Below, piece by piece: positions 9,402-19,604 of a stretch of DNA of 47,301 nucleotides (positions are counted from its first letter, which is position 1; each line of letters opens with the position of its first letter). The notes under the pieces were generated by a model, which did no database searches, had not been told where the DNA came from, and was given only the letters and a program-made list of their open reading frames with translations. Source of the DNA: Verrucomicrobiales bacterium (GTDB lineage: Bacteria > Verrucomicrobiota > Verrucomicrobiia > Verrucomicrobiales > V1-33); NCBI GenBank assembly GCA_031411295.1, contig JANOAV010000197.1, positions 1 to 47,301 of the forward strand, read 5' to 3'. The position numbers were made by a program, and so were the translations under genes.

Positions 9402-9833
9402 TCATTGGATAACTTGGTCCAAAATCCCCTGCTGCAGTGCCTTCATGGCCGCAGCCCCCTCAGTCGTGTGATCTTCATAGCCATGGAGATGGAGCAGTCC
9501 GTGGATGGCGTAGAGCGTGAGTTCATGCACAAACTCCGTCCCATGTTCCAAGCACTGGCGCTCGGCAGTTTCGGTGCTGATGAGGATCTCCCCATGGTGA
9601 AAGGTGATGACGTCCGTAGGAGTGGGGTCATCCAGGAAATCCGCGTGCACTTGGCTGATTGTGCCGTCATCCACAAAGGAAAACTCCACGACGGAAGCGG
9701 CCACCAAATGGGATGGTTCAGGCGCGCTGAGGGCCAGCACTAACGGCAGCGCCAGCTCTGCCCACGATTGAATTTGGTCCAGGGCGATTTCATGAACCGC
9801 TTGATGATCGTAAAACTCCAGGGTCGGAATCAT
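9402..9833 (-). CDS. ybeY: rRNA maturation endoribonuclease YbeY
   Basis: PTDVITF, GEILIS and the HGLLHLHGYEDH metal-binding motif. ATG 9833 avoids overlap with the upstream gene. Confidence 0.92.
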   Translation of the reverse strand: MIPTLEFYDHQAVHEIALDQIQSWAELALPLVLALSAPEPSHLVAASVVEFSFVDDGTISQVHADFLDDPTPTDVITFHHGEILISTETAERQCLEHGTEFVHELTLYAIHGLLHLHGYEDHTTEGAAAMKALQQGILDQVIQ

Positions 9834-9849
9834 CGGCGTGGGAGCTGGC

Positions 9850-11577
9850 CTAGTTGGCTGGACGCACCCCGAAACGAGCGGTTTCGGCATTTTCCAAAAG
9901 GGAGGCGGCCGCGCTGATGACTGGGGGTTTGGAAGGGGCCCGTTCTTCGCGAGCAGCCACGGGAAGGTTGGTCACCGTGTCGGATTTGTTCTTGCCCCGG
10001 TCCTTTTCTGCCGGAGCCTTTTCATCCGGGTAAGGAATGCGTCGATGCAGGATCGTGCGCAGGCGGGCCTGGAAGCTTTCCTTCACTTTATCAAGTTCCC
10101 CCAAAGTAAGGTCACATTCATCCAATTGCCCGTCCTTAAGACGACTGGCGACGATCTCGTTGATCATCTGCTCGATCTTCTGGGGGGTGGGTTTCTGGAG
10201 GACACGCGAGGCGCTTTCCACGGCATCCGCCAGACTGACGATGGCACTTTCACGACTCTGCGGGCGAGGTCCTGGATAGCGAAATTCCTTCTCGGAAATT
10301 TCCGGGACGTCAGTCGGTTTGGCATTTCCCAGCGCCACTTGCTTGCGCACTTCCTCTTGGTGATCCAAGGCGCGGCGGTAAAAGAACCACACGAGCGAAT
10401 TGCCGTGATGCTGCTGAATGACATTAATGATTTCCCGATTCAGCTTGTGCTTCAACGCCAAGTCCACGCCATCTTTGACATGAGAAATGATGATGAGCGC
10501 ACTCATGGACGGGGAAAGATCATCATGCGGATTCTCGTTTCCGTGGATATTTTCAATGCAGTATTCCGGGCGTTCGAGCTTCCCAATATCGTGGAAATAG
10601 GAGCAGACCCGGCATTGGGTGGCATCCGCTCCAATCGCCTCTGCCGCACCTTCCGCCAGACTCGCCACTTGCAGACTGTGATGATAAGTGCCCGGTGCCT
10701 CCAAGGTGAGCCGACGGAGCAGCGGGTGGTTCAGATCTGAAAGCTCGATCCAAGAAATGGGGGTCGTGATTTTAAAGATCCCCTCCAGAATGGGGAGCAG
10801 ACCATTAACGATGGAAATGGTAATGATGGCAGCCACGAAGAGAGAGCCCGCCTGGATCCCGAAGCGTGGCCAGCCCTCACCGCGCAGAAGTTCCGCTGGA
10901 CTGGTCATATGCTGCAGGGCCAGCGCCAGAATTAAGCCCGTGAGGCCGATGTATAATCCCGCCCGCATCAGTTGACTGCGTTTCCGCAAGTGGCGGGTGG
11001 TGAGCACCCCCACCAAGCCAGTGCTCAGGCTGAAGAGGAGAAAAGCAAAGCTGTGCGCGTGTGGCACCATCATCGCCCCCCATAAGCTCGCATAGATGAC
11101 GGCAAAGAATCCCAGCGGCACGCCTACCAGCAAGGTCAGGGTGATCCCAGCCAGCGCGCAGGGGGCGTAGAGCAGGATGTCCGATTCCGGACGTTGATTG
11201 AGTTGCAGGAGGAAATCCGCCAATTGGACCAACCCGATTTGCAGAAGGATCACAAAGTAAACCAGCAGCACCCGGCTGTTGTGGCACCAAGTCGCTGGTT
11301 CCGCCACTTTGAGATGGACCATGGATACGACCAGCACCGCCAGCACCAAGGGGGTCGCCAAGCCGGAACCCGCCTGGAGAAACTGAAAGCCAGAACCGGG
11401 CGGGAGATAGCGCACCAACGCCCCCAGGCCAGCGATGAAAAAAGTGATGAAGAGACCACGAATGTAGGGACTGGAACGCACGGTTTCCAGCCATTCACTG
11501 TTCGCTTGCTCCCGGCGTTTTTTTCCGCAGGAGAGGCCTTTTCGTTGAAGTTGTTGTCTTTTTAAGTAGTCCCACAT
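9850..11577 (-). CDS. Membrane-bound HD (HDIG) phosphohydrolase, 7TM-HD/PgpH-like
   Basis: Multiple TM helices, then EAPGTYHHS, YFHDIGK, IQQHHG, FRYPGPRP and LADAVESA. Sits next to ybeY, a familiar gene neighbourhood. Confidence 0.9.
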   Translation of the reverse strand: MWDYLKRQQLQRKGLSCGKKRREQANSEWLETVRSSPYIRGLFITFFIAGLGALVRYLPPGSGFQFLQAGSGLATPLVLAVLVVSMVHLKVAEPATWCHNSRVLLVYFVILLQIGLVQLADFLLQLNQRPESDILLYAPCALAGITLTLLVGVPLGFFAVIYASLWGAMMVPHAHSFAFLLFSLSTGLVGVLTTRHLRKRSQLMRAGLYIGLTGLILALALQHMTSPAELLRGEGWPRFGIQAGSLFVAAIITISIVNGLLPILEGIFKITTPISWIELSDLNHPLLRRLTLEAPGTYHHSLQVASLAEGAAEAIGADATQCRVCSYFHDIGKLERPEYCIENIHGNENPHDDLSPSMSALIIISHVKDGVDLALKHKLNREIINVIQQHHGNSLVWFFYRRALDHQEEVRKQVALGNAKPTDVPEISEKEFRYPGPRPQSRESAIVSLADAVESASRVLQKPTPQKIEQMINEIVASRLKDGQLDECDLTLGELDKVKESFQARLRTILHRRIPYPDEKAPAEKDRGKNKSDTVTNLPVAAREERAPSKPPVISAAASLLENAETARFGVRPAN

Positions 11578-11756
11578 AGTGGAAGGATGCAGGGCTGGAA
11601 GTAGAATCCTGACACCGAGCCACGACACCAATAAGGGGTCGTGATGAGGAGGATTTTACCAGTCTCGCCCGTCGTTGCAATAGCGTATATCGACTTGCAA
11701 AATTTTGTAATCGACGGCGGAGCGTGTGCCCTCGGCCAGTTGGCGCTGTAGCAATG

Positions 11757-11784
11757 TTGACTTCAATGATCTACATACTACCAT
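11757..11784 (+). promoter_or_regulatory. Putative sigma70 promoter for a near-leaderless transcript
   Basis: TTGACT (11757-11762), 16-bp spacer, TACCAT (11779-11784), 8 bp before ATG 11793. Confidence 0.45.
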
Positions 11785-11792
11785 TGCGTCCC

Positions 11793-12494
11793 ATGCCTGC
11801 TATTACTAAAACCGAATTCAACCAACTTACCAAGCCGCTGCGAGGCCTACCCGTGCTAAAGGTTAAGAATTCTTTCGGCAGTGCCATCTATTTGAAGATG
11901 GGATCCTCACTGCCACTTGACGCAAGCAAACCAGAGCAATCTCTGCCACATGTTGGTGCCATCTACCTCTATTGGGATTGGCGCTTGGAGGATGCTGCGA
12001 CCATTCTTTGTGGCAGCTCGAATCGGCGCTCAGAAATCGGGGGTGCTTTGGCAAAATTGGTCGGACTGACCATCGTGGAATTTGTGCTTGAACCCTTGCT
12101 GCCCGATTTAACGATGGTTTTCTCAAACGGATGGCGTTTGCGGTCGATGTCCTTGGTGGCCGGAGATCCCACCTGGACCCTTGCGCTACCAGACGGAGGC
12201 ACCATCTGGGGCAAGCAAGGACGGGTGGTCCACAGCGTGAAGCCAATCCCTGATGATTACCATCCTGATCCCATGGCAGCTCGCCTCGGGGATATGGCAA
12301 TGGCCGCAGATCTCCGCTGGCTTCCGCAGAGAACCAAGTCTGATGATGGCGCGTGTGAAACCTGTCAATTTTTCGTCCCTTTGGACGGACCTTCAGCATT
12401 TCTTTGGTATGGGGCCTGCACCTGCGCGGGAAGTCCGTTTGACGGTAGGGTGGTGCATCAAGGCTCTTGGTGTGCAGAGTTCTGCCCTGCATGA
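11793..12494 (+). CDS. Hypothetical protein with C-terminal Cys-cluster (DUF3027-like) domain
   Basis: C-terminus CETCQFFVPL...YGACT...SPFDGRVV...C. The N-terminal beta-rich domain is unassigned. Confidence 0.65.
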   Translation: MPAITKTEFNQLTKPLRGLPVLKVKNSFGSAIYLKMGSSLPLDASKPEQSLPHVGAIYLYWDWRLEDAATILCGSSNRRSEIGGALAKLVGLTIVEFVLEPLLPDLTMVFSNGWRLRSMSLVAGDPTWTLALPDGGTIWGKQGRVVHSVKPIPDDYHPDPMAARLGDMAMAADLRWLPQRTKSDDGACETCQFFVPLDGPSAFLWYGACTCAGSPFDGRVVHQGSWCAEFCPA

Positions 12495-12497
12495 TGG

Positions 12498-13733
12498 CTA
12501 TGATGCCAACAACGTGCGTTCGACGACCCACCAGATCCCGGCCAGCGCAATGAGGATAGATCCTGGAACCACTACCCATTTCCGATAGTGTTCCCCGTTG
12601 GTGATCCGAAAGGTAACCAGCAATGCGCCCAGAATGATCGCCAGCTGCCCCAACTCCACCCCAACATTGATGCCCAGCAGTCCAACGACCAGCGAGGCAG
12701 TGGAATTTACCCGCGTGGACATGACGCCCGCAAAGCCCAGTCCATGGATGAGACCAAACGCAAACACTACCAGCAAGCGCCAGTGCGTGTAGCGTTTGTG
12801 AAAGATGTTTTCAATGGCGATGGCCACAATGCTGGCTGCGATGATGGGCTCGACAATGCTGGGCGAAACTTTAACGATGCCCGCAGACGCCAGCCACAGG
12901 GTCAGCGTGTGCGCCACGGTGAACGCGGTCACTTGCAGCAGCAGCGGCTTCCATTTCCTCGTCATAAGGAAGACGCCCAGCACAAAGAGAATGTGGTCCA
13001 GTCCACCCGGAATAACATGCAGGAACCCACGTTTGATTTCCGCTGTGAACAGCGAGAACCAATCCCCGGTCTGGGATTCGATGCCGATGGCGCCTTCGGT
13101 CCGCAGGCCTTGCTTTTGGAAAATCCCCTGTTCGGTTAGGTCGAGGGTGAAACTGCTCTCGCCCGGATAGAGCACCGCATACCGCTCCACCTGCCGACCG
13201 CCGATGAAATTGAGGAACATCACGTTCAGAGGGACCCCCATTTTCTCGGCTGTCATCGGCAGGGCCTCAATGCGATAACCCGTCATGCCGGTCACGATGT
13301 TAGTTTTCCAAGAGCCCACGAGCACGGTTTCGTTGCCTTTCAGTAGTTGTTTGTCATCGGTCTCGAACGGAATACCGCCGTCGCCCAGTTTGTTGAAATC
13401 CCAGACGAAGGCAGGTTTCAATTCTCCCACGGGATCGAAGAAAAAGCGCAACCGTTCAGTGACAAAGGCGTCCGCTCGCGTCTTCATTTGCTTCACCTCG
13501 TCAGCCGACATTGCCGCCACCGCTTCGCGCTGATAGAAATTGATTTTCTCAGGATCAGCCTCGAAACACCGCGGATCGACCTCGACGCGAATCTCCGCAA
13601 CTCCGCCAACGGCAAAGTGAGAGCGGACGGGGAGGTCCGGCACTGGATGAGACCAAGCTGTGGCGATGAACAGCGAGACGAAGAGGATGGCCGCCCGCAG
13701 AGGTTTGACAAGTTTAAAGTAGGAGAGGGTCAT
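12498..13733 (-). CDS. HupE/UreJ-family membrane protein with N-terminal periplasmic domain
   Basis: GFLHVIPGGLDHILF, TAFTVAHTLTL, FGLIHGLGFA, NVGVELGQ. Signal-like AWSHP. Start uncertain. Confidence 0.88.
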   Translation of the reverse strand: MTLSYFKLVKPLRAAILFVSLFIATAWSHPVPDLPVRSHFAVGGVAEIRVEVDPRCFEADPEKINFYQREAVAAMSADEVKQMKTRADAFVTERLRFFFDPVGELKPAFVWDFNKLGDGGIPFETDDKQLLKGNETVLVGSWKTNIVTGMTGYRIEALPMTAEKMGVPLNVMFLNFIGGRQVERYAVLYPGESSFTLDLTEQGIFQKQGLRTEGAIGIESQTGDWFSLFTAEIKRGFLHVIPGGLDHILFVLGVFLMTRKWKPLLLQVTAFTVAHTLTLWLASAGIVKVSPSIVEPIIAASIVAIAIENIFHKRYTHWRLLVVFAFGLIHGLGFAGVMSTRVNSTASLVVGLLGINVGVELGQLAIILGALLVTFRITNGEHYRKWVVVPGSILIALAGIWWVVERTLLAS

Positions 13734-13965
13734 GCAACGATGAGCCAGATAGGCGAGTAAATCGTCGCGCGTCTGGCGATGCATCTCTAATCGCGCCGAA
13801 CCGGGGTGACTACTCCTTATTCGAGGGTCGGACCCATTTTACCCGCGCCCCCATTCCGCAGATACGGTGCATTTAGATTCTCGAAAACACCCAACTCCCA
13901 TGTAGTATCCCAACTGAAAGGATGTCTCCTTTTAAAATCAAAATCCCAAACCTAAATCTGAATCC

Positions 13966-14250
13966 ATGAAAGCGCTCCTTACTCTTGCACTCGCACTCAC
14001 GATGGCTGGCTCCACTTACGCCGGTTGCGGTGTCAAAGTCCCCGTCTCTGGCAAAGTCGCCTCCTACAACAAAGAAAAGAAAGAACTCAAAGTTGGCGAT
14101 CAAGCCATCACGCTCGAAGCCACCGCCAAAATCACCGATGCCGCAGGCAAAGAAGTGAAGATCGAAGATCTCGTTGGTAAAGAGGTCACTGTCTCCACCG
14201 ATAAGCACAACAAGAAGGGCGAGTCGGTCACCGAGAAAAAGGCAGGCTAA
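13966..14250 (+). CDS. Small secreted Lys-rich beta-strand protein of unknown function
   Basis: Signal peptide (MKALLTLALALTMAGSTYA), strongly biased codon usage, A/C-rich leader and its own terminator. Confidence 0.8.
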   Translation: MKALLTLALALTMAGSTYAGCGVKVPVSGKVASYNKEKKELKVGDQAITLEATAKITDAAGKEVKIEDLVGKEVTVSTDKHNKKGESVTEKKAG

Positions 14251-14301
14251 ACCAGCCTCTTGAGCAATTTTCGGCGCGCGACATCATCGCCTGCCACGCA
14301 A

Positions 14302-14340
14302 CTGGCCTGAAGGACGCGATCCTTCAGGCCAGCTTTTTTT
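14302..14340 (+). terminator. Rho-independent terminator
   Basis: Perfect 13-bp stem CTGGCCTGAAGGA / TCCTTCAGGCCAG, 5-nt loop, then C and T7. Confidence 0.9.
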
Positions 14341-14472
14341 GTTTAAGTAGCTCCTAAAAATACTGGAACTGCACAGCAGTTTGAGTGGCAATATATTCAA
14401 CCAGCTTAAATTTTAAAAAAACTTGAGATTTCAGGTGAATTTTAATTTAAGCTGTGTTAATATTACGGAGCC

Positions 14473-15012
14473 ATGCTACTTGAACTCTTAGGGAAGTCAG
14501 TGCTGATGCGTCCGGTCACCTCTGCGGATGCCTCCGACTTGATTCGTCTGCGCACCGATCCCCGGTGCTGCGGATGTCTTGCGCCCACATCCACGGATTT
14601 GGTGGCACAGGAGGAATGGCTGCATGCTTACAAAGAACGCGAGCGGCAGGGGAAGGAAATTTATTCGGCAATCTGCAGTCTGAAGGACCAGCGCATTCTC
14701 GGAGCCTTCCGCATTCTGGATCTGACGGAGCGGGACTTTGGACTGGGAAGCTGGGTCATCGAGCGCGGGGCGGCTCCCCATGTGGCGGTGGAGTCCATTT
14801 TGCTGATGTATGATGCCATGTTTCTGCAGCACGGATTCGAGACTACCCACTTTGAGGTGCAACGCGGCAACTCCAGTCTGCTGCGCTTCCACCCCAAACT
14901 GGGCGCAAAACTGGTGGCAGAGGATGAAACCGAATGCCACTTTCGGAATACTGCTGAATCCTACCAACAGGCGCGGGACCGATACTCACGGTATCTTCCA
15001 TTACCGGCGTAA
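14473..15012 (+). CDS. GNAT N-acetyltransferase (RimJ/RimL/PseH-like)
   Basis: LMRPVTSADA...LRTDP N-terminus and FEVQRGNSSLLRFHPKLGA acetyl-CoA-binding region. Upstream of a glycosyltransferase. Confidence 0.8.
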   Translation: MLLELLGKSVLMRPVTSADASDLIRLRTDPRCCGCLAPTSTDLVAQEEWLHAYKERERQGKEIYSAICSLKDQRILGAFRILDLTERDFGLGSWVIERGAAPHVAVESILLMYDAMFLQHGFETTHFEVQRGNSSLLRFHPKLGAKLVAEDETECHFRNTAESYQQARDRYSRYLPLPA

Positions 15013-15029
15013 TTTGCGACATTTCCCCC

Positions 15030-16115
15030 GTGGTTACCAACTCTGTCGTGCCGCAAGTAACGTTTTTGGCGCTCTGTTACAACCATGCGCCTTACTTACA
15101 GGAGTGTTTGCACTCTTTGCTGGCCCAGGCCTGGCCCAATGCAGACTTTGTGGTGCTGGACAATGCCTCGTCCGATGATTCCCCCACCCTGATCAAACAG
15201 TGGGCTGCCACCTGTCCGGTCCCGATCAAGCTGCTCATGGAAACGGAATGCCGTGGCATCTGCGCCAACGTGAATCGACTCATGGCAGAAGCGACGGGCG
15301 AGTTTGTGGCCCTGATCTCCACCGACGATTTCTGGTTCCCGGAGAAGACCGCACGCCAAGTGGAACTATTACAAGCCCGGGGTGTTGACTACGGCGTGGC
15401 CTATGCGGATGCGCGGCGGATAAACTCCGCGGGGCAACCGCTGGAACCAAGCTCCTTTATTGCGGCGCATCGTAATTTGAGGACGTTGCCGGAAGGAGAC
15501 ATCCTGCGGGAACTGCTGCGCGGGCCTTTCATTCCCAGTATGTCCACGCTGATCCGTCGTGCCGCACTCCTAGAGATGGGACCGTTCGATGAAACGTTGC
15601 TTTACGAAGACTATGACGCCTGGCTGCGACTAGCCCAGCGTTGGAAATTTGCCGCAGACCCAGCTCCCCTGAGCGCCTATCGGGTGCTGCCCAACTCCAT
15701 GATCCAGACCGTGGCCGCCCAGCATCAGCCCCTCAAGCTCCTGAGCGATGCCCGCATCATGGCCAAGGCGGCCCACCATTCCGCACTGGATCAGAAAACC
15801 GTGCGCAACCTGCATCGTCGCGTGCTCCGCCTGGCTGCAGAGGCTGTCGCGACTGATCCTAACATGGCTATTCATTTACCCGCACTCTATGAAATCGTGC
15901 CCTTGCCAGGCTTGCGAATCATCACCGCGCACCAACGCTTGTTTGGCTGCCAGAGCGTGGGCGCAATCCATGATGCCGTGCAAAAAGCCGCAGCCAGGCC
16001 CCTCCCGCAAACGGATGACGATGCCGCTTGGCAACAGTTTTTCGACGATCTAGCATCCCCTATCCCACTCCCGTCATCGCCCAAACCTTGGTGGCAGCGT
16101 TGGTTCAAACTTTAA
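15030..16115 (+). CDS. Glycosyltransferase family 2
   Basis: CYNHAPYLQECLHSLLAQ, DNASSD, ATGEFVALISTDD, YEDYDAWLRL. Confidence 0.92.
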   Translation: MVTNSVVPQVTFLALCYNHAPYLQECLHSLLAQAWPNADFVVLDNASSDDSPTLIKQWAATCPVPIKLLMETECRGICANVNRLMAEATGEFVALISTDDFWFPEKTARQVELLQARGVDYGVAYADARRINSAGQPLEPSSFIAAHRNLRTLPEGDILRELLRGPFIPSMSTLIRRAALLEMGPFDETLLYEDYDAWLRLAQRWKFAADPAPLSAYRVLPNSMIQTVAAQHQPLKLLSDARIMAKAAHHSALDQKTVRNLHRRVLRLAAEAVATDPNMAIHLPALYEIVPLPGLRIITAHQRLFGCQSVGAIHDAVQKAAARPLPQTDDDAAWQQFFDDLASPIPLPSSPKPWWQRWFKL

Positions 16116-16121
16116 TCGCCC

Positions 16122-16970
16122 ATGAAGCGTCTCCTCATTTTGCTCTTGGCATCCCTAACCAACCTCACCGCCGAGGAAATTAAGCTTTGGCCGAACGCGG
16201 CCCCAGGATCCGAAACTCAAACTTCGCCCGAGGTCGTGGAGACCAGCGCCAGTGGCGACCGCAAAATCACCAACGTTCATTTCCCCAGCATCACCCCCTT
16301 TCTCCCACCGGATGGCAAGGGGACCGGGGCCGCCGTGATCGTCGCTCCCGGCGGTGGTCATAAGAATCTGTGTGTCACCCATGAGGGCGACAATGTTGCC
16401 CAATGGCTGGCCGAACATGGCATTGCCGCGTTCGTTTTGAAATATCGGCTCGCCTCCGAGCCTAACTCCGCCTACACCGTGGATGGTCATGCTGTGGCAG
16501 ACATGCATCGCGCAATCCGCGTGATCCGCAGTCGCGCAGCGACATGGCGGGTGGATCCGGCCAGGGTGGGAGTCATGGGTTTTTCGGCAGGCGGGGAAGT
16601 TTGCTTTATGGCCTGCCAACTAGCCGATAGTGGCAAACCCGACCACGCCGACCCACTGGAGAAACTCAGCTGCCGCCCTGATTTCCAAGCGCTCATTTAT
16701 CCTGGCCGCACCGGACGGATTGCGCCCACCAAGGAAAATCCCCCCACATTCTTAGCCGCCTCCGCCAATGATCGCGAAGACATTGCCGAGGGACTGGCCA
16801 CCGTTTATTTGCTCTACAAAAAAGCCAAAGTTCCAGTGGAACTTCACCTCTACGCATCGGGTGCCCACGGCTTTGGAGTGAGAGCAGGCAAGAACGCTCC
16901 GGTGGATGCTTGGACCAGTCGCTTCGAGGAATGGCTGACGGATCGTGGCTTGAACGCAAAAAGCAAATAA
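16122..16970 (+). CDS. Secreted alpha/beta hydrolase (esterase, BD-FAE-like)
   Basis: Signal peptide, APGGG oxyanion region, GFSAGG nucleophile elbow, GAHGFG catalytic His. Confidence 0.9.
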   Translation: MKRLLILLLASLTNLTAEEIKLWPNAAPGSETQTSPEVVETSASGDRKITNVHFPSITPFLPPDGKGTGAAVIVAPGGGHKNLCVTHEGDNVAQWLAEHGIAAFVLKYRLASEPNSAYTVDGHAVADMHRAIRVIRSRAATWRVDPARVGVMGFSAGGEVCFMACQLADSGKPDHADPLEKLSCRPDFQALIYPGRTGRIAPTKENPPTFLAASANDREDIAEGLATVYLLYKKAKVPVELHLYASGAHGFGVRAGKNAPVDAWTSRFEEWLTDRGLNAKSK

Positions 16971-16982
16971 CGGAACGCTAAA

Positions 16983-17033
16983 TTGCGTTCAAGCTGATAT
17001 GATCCCTCCGGGATCATTTCAGCTTGAACGCAA
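16983..17033. terminator. Long hairpin between convergent genes (bidirectional terminator or miniature repeat element)
   Basis: 24-bp arms TTGCGTTCAAGCTGATATGATCCC / GGGATCATTTCAGCTTGAACGCAA with 1 mismatch and a 3-nt loop. Confidence 0.7.
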
Positions 17034-17040
17034 CTTGGAA

Positions 17041-19356
17041 TTACCCCTGCTTCGGCATCAGCGTTTGATATTGTAGCAGGGCGGAGTCGGTGGTTTTTTG
17101 CAGTTCGACCAGTTTGGCCTCAGCCGTGGCCAGTTCCTGTTTCGCTTCCGCGATCCGTTTGGTGTTGGCGGCTATCTTTTTCTCGTCGGCCTTAGCTTCG
17201 ACCATGGCCTTGGCCTCGGTTTCCAACGCGGGAATTTCGGCTTTCAGCGACTCTATGGCGTCCTTCACGGTATCAATCTCCGTGCGAGTGAGGACCACCG
17301 TTTTCATTTCCTTGGCGGCCAGCCATTGGTTCACCGTTTTCTGGGTGTTGGCCACGGCGGAGCCCGCCGCATCAAAGGCCGCCTTCGCTTCGGCATACAG
17401 TTTCTGCGCGGCATCGATGGCTTGTTGTTTCAAGGGCATGCCTTTCTCCATCTCCGCCACCTTGCCCCCCATCTCAGCCATTTGCTTATCCGTCTGCGGC
17501 ACCCGGGCACTCATCTGGGTAATTTCCGCGTCATGCTTGCTGATGATTTCCTGGAGATCCTTGATCTTAGCTTCCGTTAGGGTGCGACTAATGTCTGTCG
17601 CAGCATCCTGCGCTTGATTGGCTTGTTGCAACGCACTGGTCACTGGTTCCGGCATGCCGGCCGGGGCCGCTGCAGGCGCTGGGGGTGGTTGTTGCAGCGC
17701 TACTAACTGCTTTTCTGCAGCTGCCAAATCCTGCTGATACTTCGCCTTGGCGGCGTTGAGTTTCTCCACCGCAGCTTGGATTTGGGTTTTGATTTCGGCG
17801 GCCTTCTTCTGCTCATTCTGCATGGCAACAATTTGCTGTTTCATAGCCTCCGCAGCGGCTTGGGCGGCGGCTACAGCCTTCTCTTTTTCAGCAGCGGCAG
17901 CCTCCGCTTGCTTGGCGCCCGTCTGCTTGGTAGTCAATTCTTGATTCAATCCAGCCAATCGTGTGGCAATCGACGGTGGATTGGCCACGATGCCGAGCGG
18001 CGGAGCGTCCTTGGGCTCCTTCTCGGCATCCCAGAATTTGGCTTCCCCATTGAAGGCCCCAGTTAGGATGCGTTTCCCGTCCGGAGTAAAGCTCGTTTGG
18101 GAAATGAGCGCGCCATTTGCTGGCACGAACTCACGTTTCTGATTGCCATCCGGAGCCCAGACGCGGACTTTCCCGTCTCGTCCGCCCGTCACCAGCCGAC
18201 CGTCTGCCGCATAGGCAATGCTCAGCACCCCAGCGCCCCCGTGGCCGTTGTAATTCTTGATCATGGTGCCGCCGGCCATTTCCCACCACCGAATGCTGCC
18301 GTCTTCACTAGCCGATGCCACGACGTTGGAATCAGGCCGCCAAGTGACCGCGTGAATCGCTTTCTCGTGGCCTTTCAAATTGTAGAACTCATTGCCCGTG
18401 GCGGTTTCCCAGACATACAGTCCGCCCGTGCGATCTCCCGTCGCCAGCAGCACCCCATCGGGACTAAACGATATGGCCATGACCCAGTCCGTGTGCTTCT
18501 TAATGGTCGTGACACACTGTCCCGTGGCGGTTTGGTAAATTCTGATTTTGCGACCCGGCCCGCCCAAGGCCACGAGTTTGTGATCTGGGGTGATATCGCA
18601 TGCCAATACATCGTCCATTTCATCACCCACGGTGGTCACGCGTTTCCCGGTCTTCACATCCCACAACGCCACGACGCCTTTCTTGCCAGACTTCCCACCG
18701 CCAGCATAAACAATAGTTCCATTCCGGCTGAAGCCCACACACTTGGGACTGCCTTCAGGAAATGGCAGCACGCCCACCAGTTCACCGGTCTCCGAATGAT
18801 ACAGCAGCACTTGGCGCACGCTGGCCATGGCGATCAGTGGTGCCCAGGGACTGTGGGCAATGCTAATGATGGCATCCGCCCGGGGCGATTCCACGACTGG
18901 GTCCAGCATCAACTGCTGTGGCATCGGCGGCGGGCCTTCCGGCTTGGCGAGCGGATTTCCACTCGCGGCCATTTCGAAATTTTGCTTCTTCTTGATCTTC
19001 ACCGTGCTGGTGGAGCTATCCAATAAGCCACCGACGATCCATTTCGTGATCAGCTCAATTTCCGGGGCCGGAATCTTGTCGCTCTTGGGCGGCATGAACG
19101 GTTCCTTGGAGAAGGTCACACACTTAAGCAACGGGGAGTTGGCATCCCCGGCATCCACACTGATACCGCCGCTGCCGCCAGCCAGCGTGGAGGCGTAGGT
19201 GCTGAGATCCAAGCCCCCCTTCTTCTTGTCGGGGTTATGGCAGTTGAGACACCGATTCTCAAAGACCGGGCGAACATGGTCTTGATAGGTGATTTTCTCC
19301 TGCCCCAGGAGCAGGCTCGGTGCAGCCAGGAGGCTGAAAAGGACGGTCGATCGCAT
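17041..19356 (-). CDS. Planctomycete cytochrome c domain + WD40 repeats + coiled-coil protein
   Basis: Signal peptide, CLNCH heme motif with MPP axial Met, WD40 repeats (HTDWVMAISFSPDG, GHEKAIHAVTW, WD/WE ends), long Ala/Gln/Lys heptad C-terminus. Confidence 0.88.
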   Translation of the reverse strand: MRSTVLFSLLAAPSLLLGQEKITYQDHVRPVFENRCLNCHNPDKKKGGLDLSTYASTLAGGSGGISVDAGDANSPLLKCVTFSKEPFMPPKSDKIPAPEIELITKWIVGGLLDSSTSTVKIKKKQNFEMAASGNPLAKPEGPPPMPQQLMLDPVVESPRADAIISIAHSPWAPLIAMASVRQVLLYHSETGELVGVLPFPEGSPKCVGFSRNGTIVYAGGGKSGKKGVVALWDVKTGKRVTTVGDEMDDVLACDITPDHKLVALGGPGRKIRIYQTATGQCVTTIKKHTDWVMAISFSPDGVLLATGDRTGGLYVWETATGNEFYNLKGHEKAIHAVTWRPDSNVVASASEDGSIRWWEMAGGTMIKNYNGHGGAGVLSIAYAADGRLVTGGRDGKVRVWAPDGNQKREFVPANGALISQTSFTPDGKRILTGAFNGEAKFWDAEKEPKDAPPLGIVANPPSIATRLAGLNQELTTKQTGAKQAEAAAAEKEKAVAAAQAAAEAMKQQIVAMQNEQKKAAEIKTQIQAAVEKLNAAKAKYQQDLAAAEKQLVALQQPPPAPAAAPAGMPEPVTSALQQANQAQDAATDISRTLTEAKIKDLQEIISKHDAEITQMSARVPQTDKQMAEMGGKVAEMEKGMPLKQQAIDAAQKLYAEAKAAFDAAGSAVANTQKTVNQWLAAKEMKTVVLTRTEIDTVKDAIESLKAEIPALETEAKAMVEAKADEKKIAANTKRIAEAKQELATAEAKLVELQKTTDSALLQYQTLMPKQG

Positions 19357-19604
19357 AATGAGGTTGGCCAACGAAGGGAAATGAGGTCGGACGTGGACAT
19401 CGGGAAATTGGGAAATCGGCGGCGGCTTGAGCGGACCATACTTTCACAATTTACACCTTCAAAGTGCCCCACAAAATCGTTGGAACAACCTGATTTTCAG
19501 GACGCGAAGACGGAATCTGGCGAGGTTCCCGGCTTCGGCCCCACCGACATTTCCCCATCTTTCGGCTCGCCAATCGATGCTTTTGCGGTGAAACAAACCC
19601 CGAT

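Noticed and set aside
9838..10740. 300-aa plus-strand ORF
   Set aside because: Antisense shadow of the well-supported HD phosphohydrolase, with no motifs.
13734..13965. Cobalamin riboswitch upstream of the HupE/UreJ gene
   Set aside because: I looked for it because of the family association, but recognised no B12-box or conserved core on the minus strand.
18097..19026. 309-aa plus-strand ORF
   Set aside because: Antisense shadow of the WD40 region.
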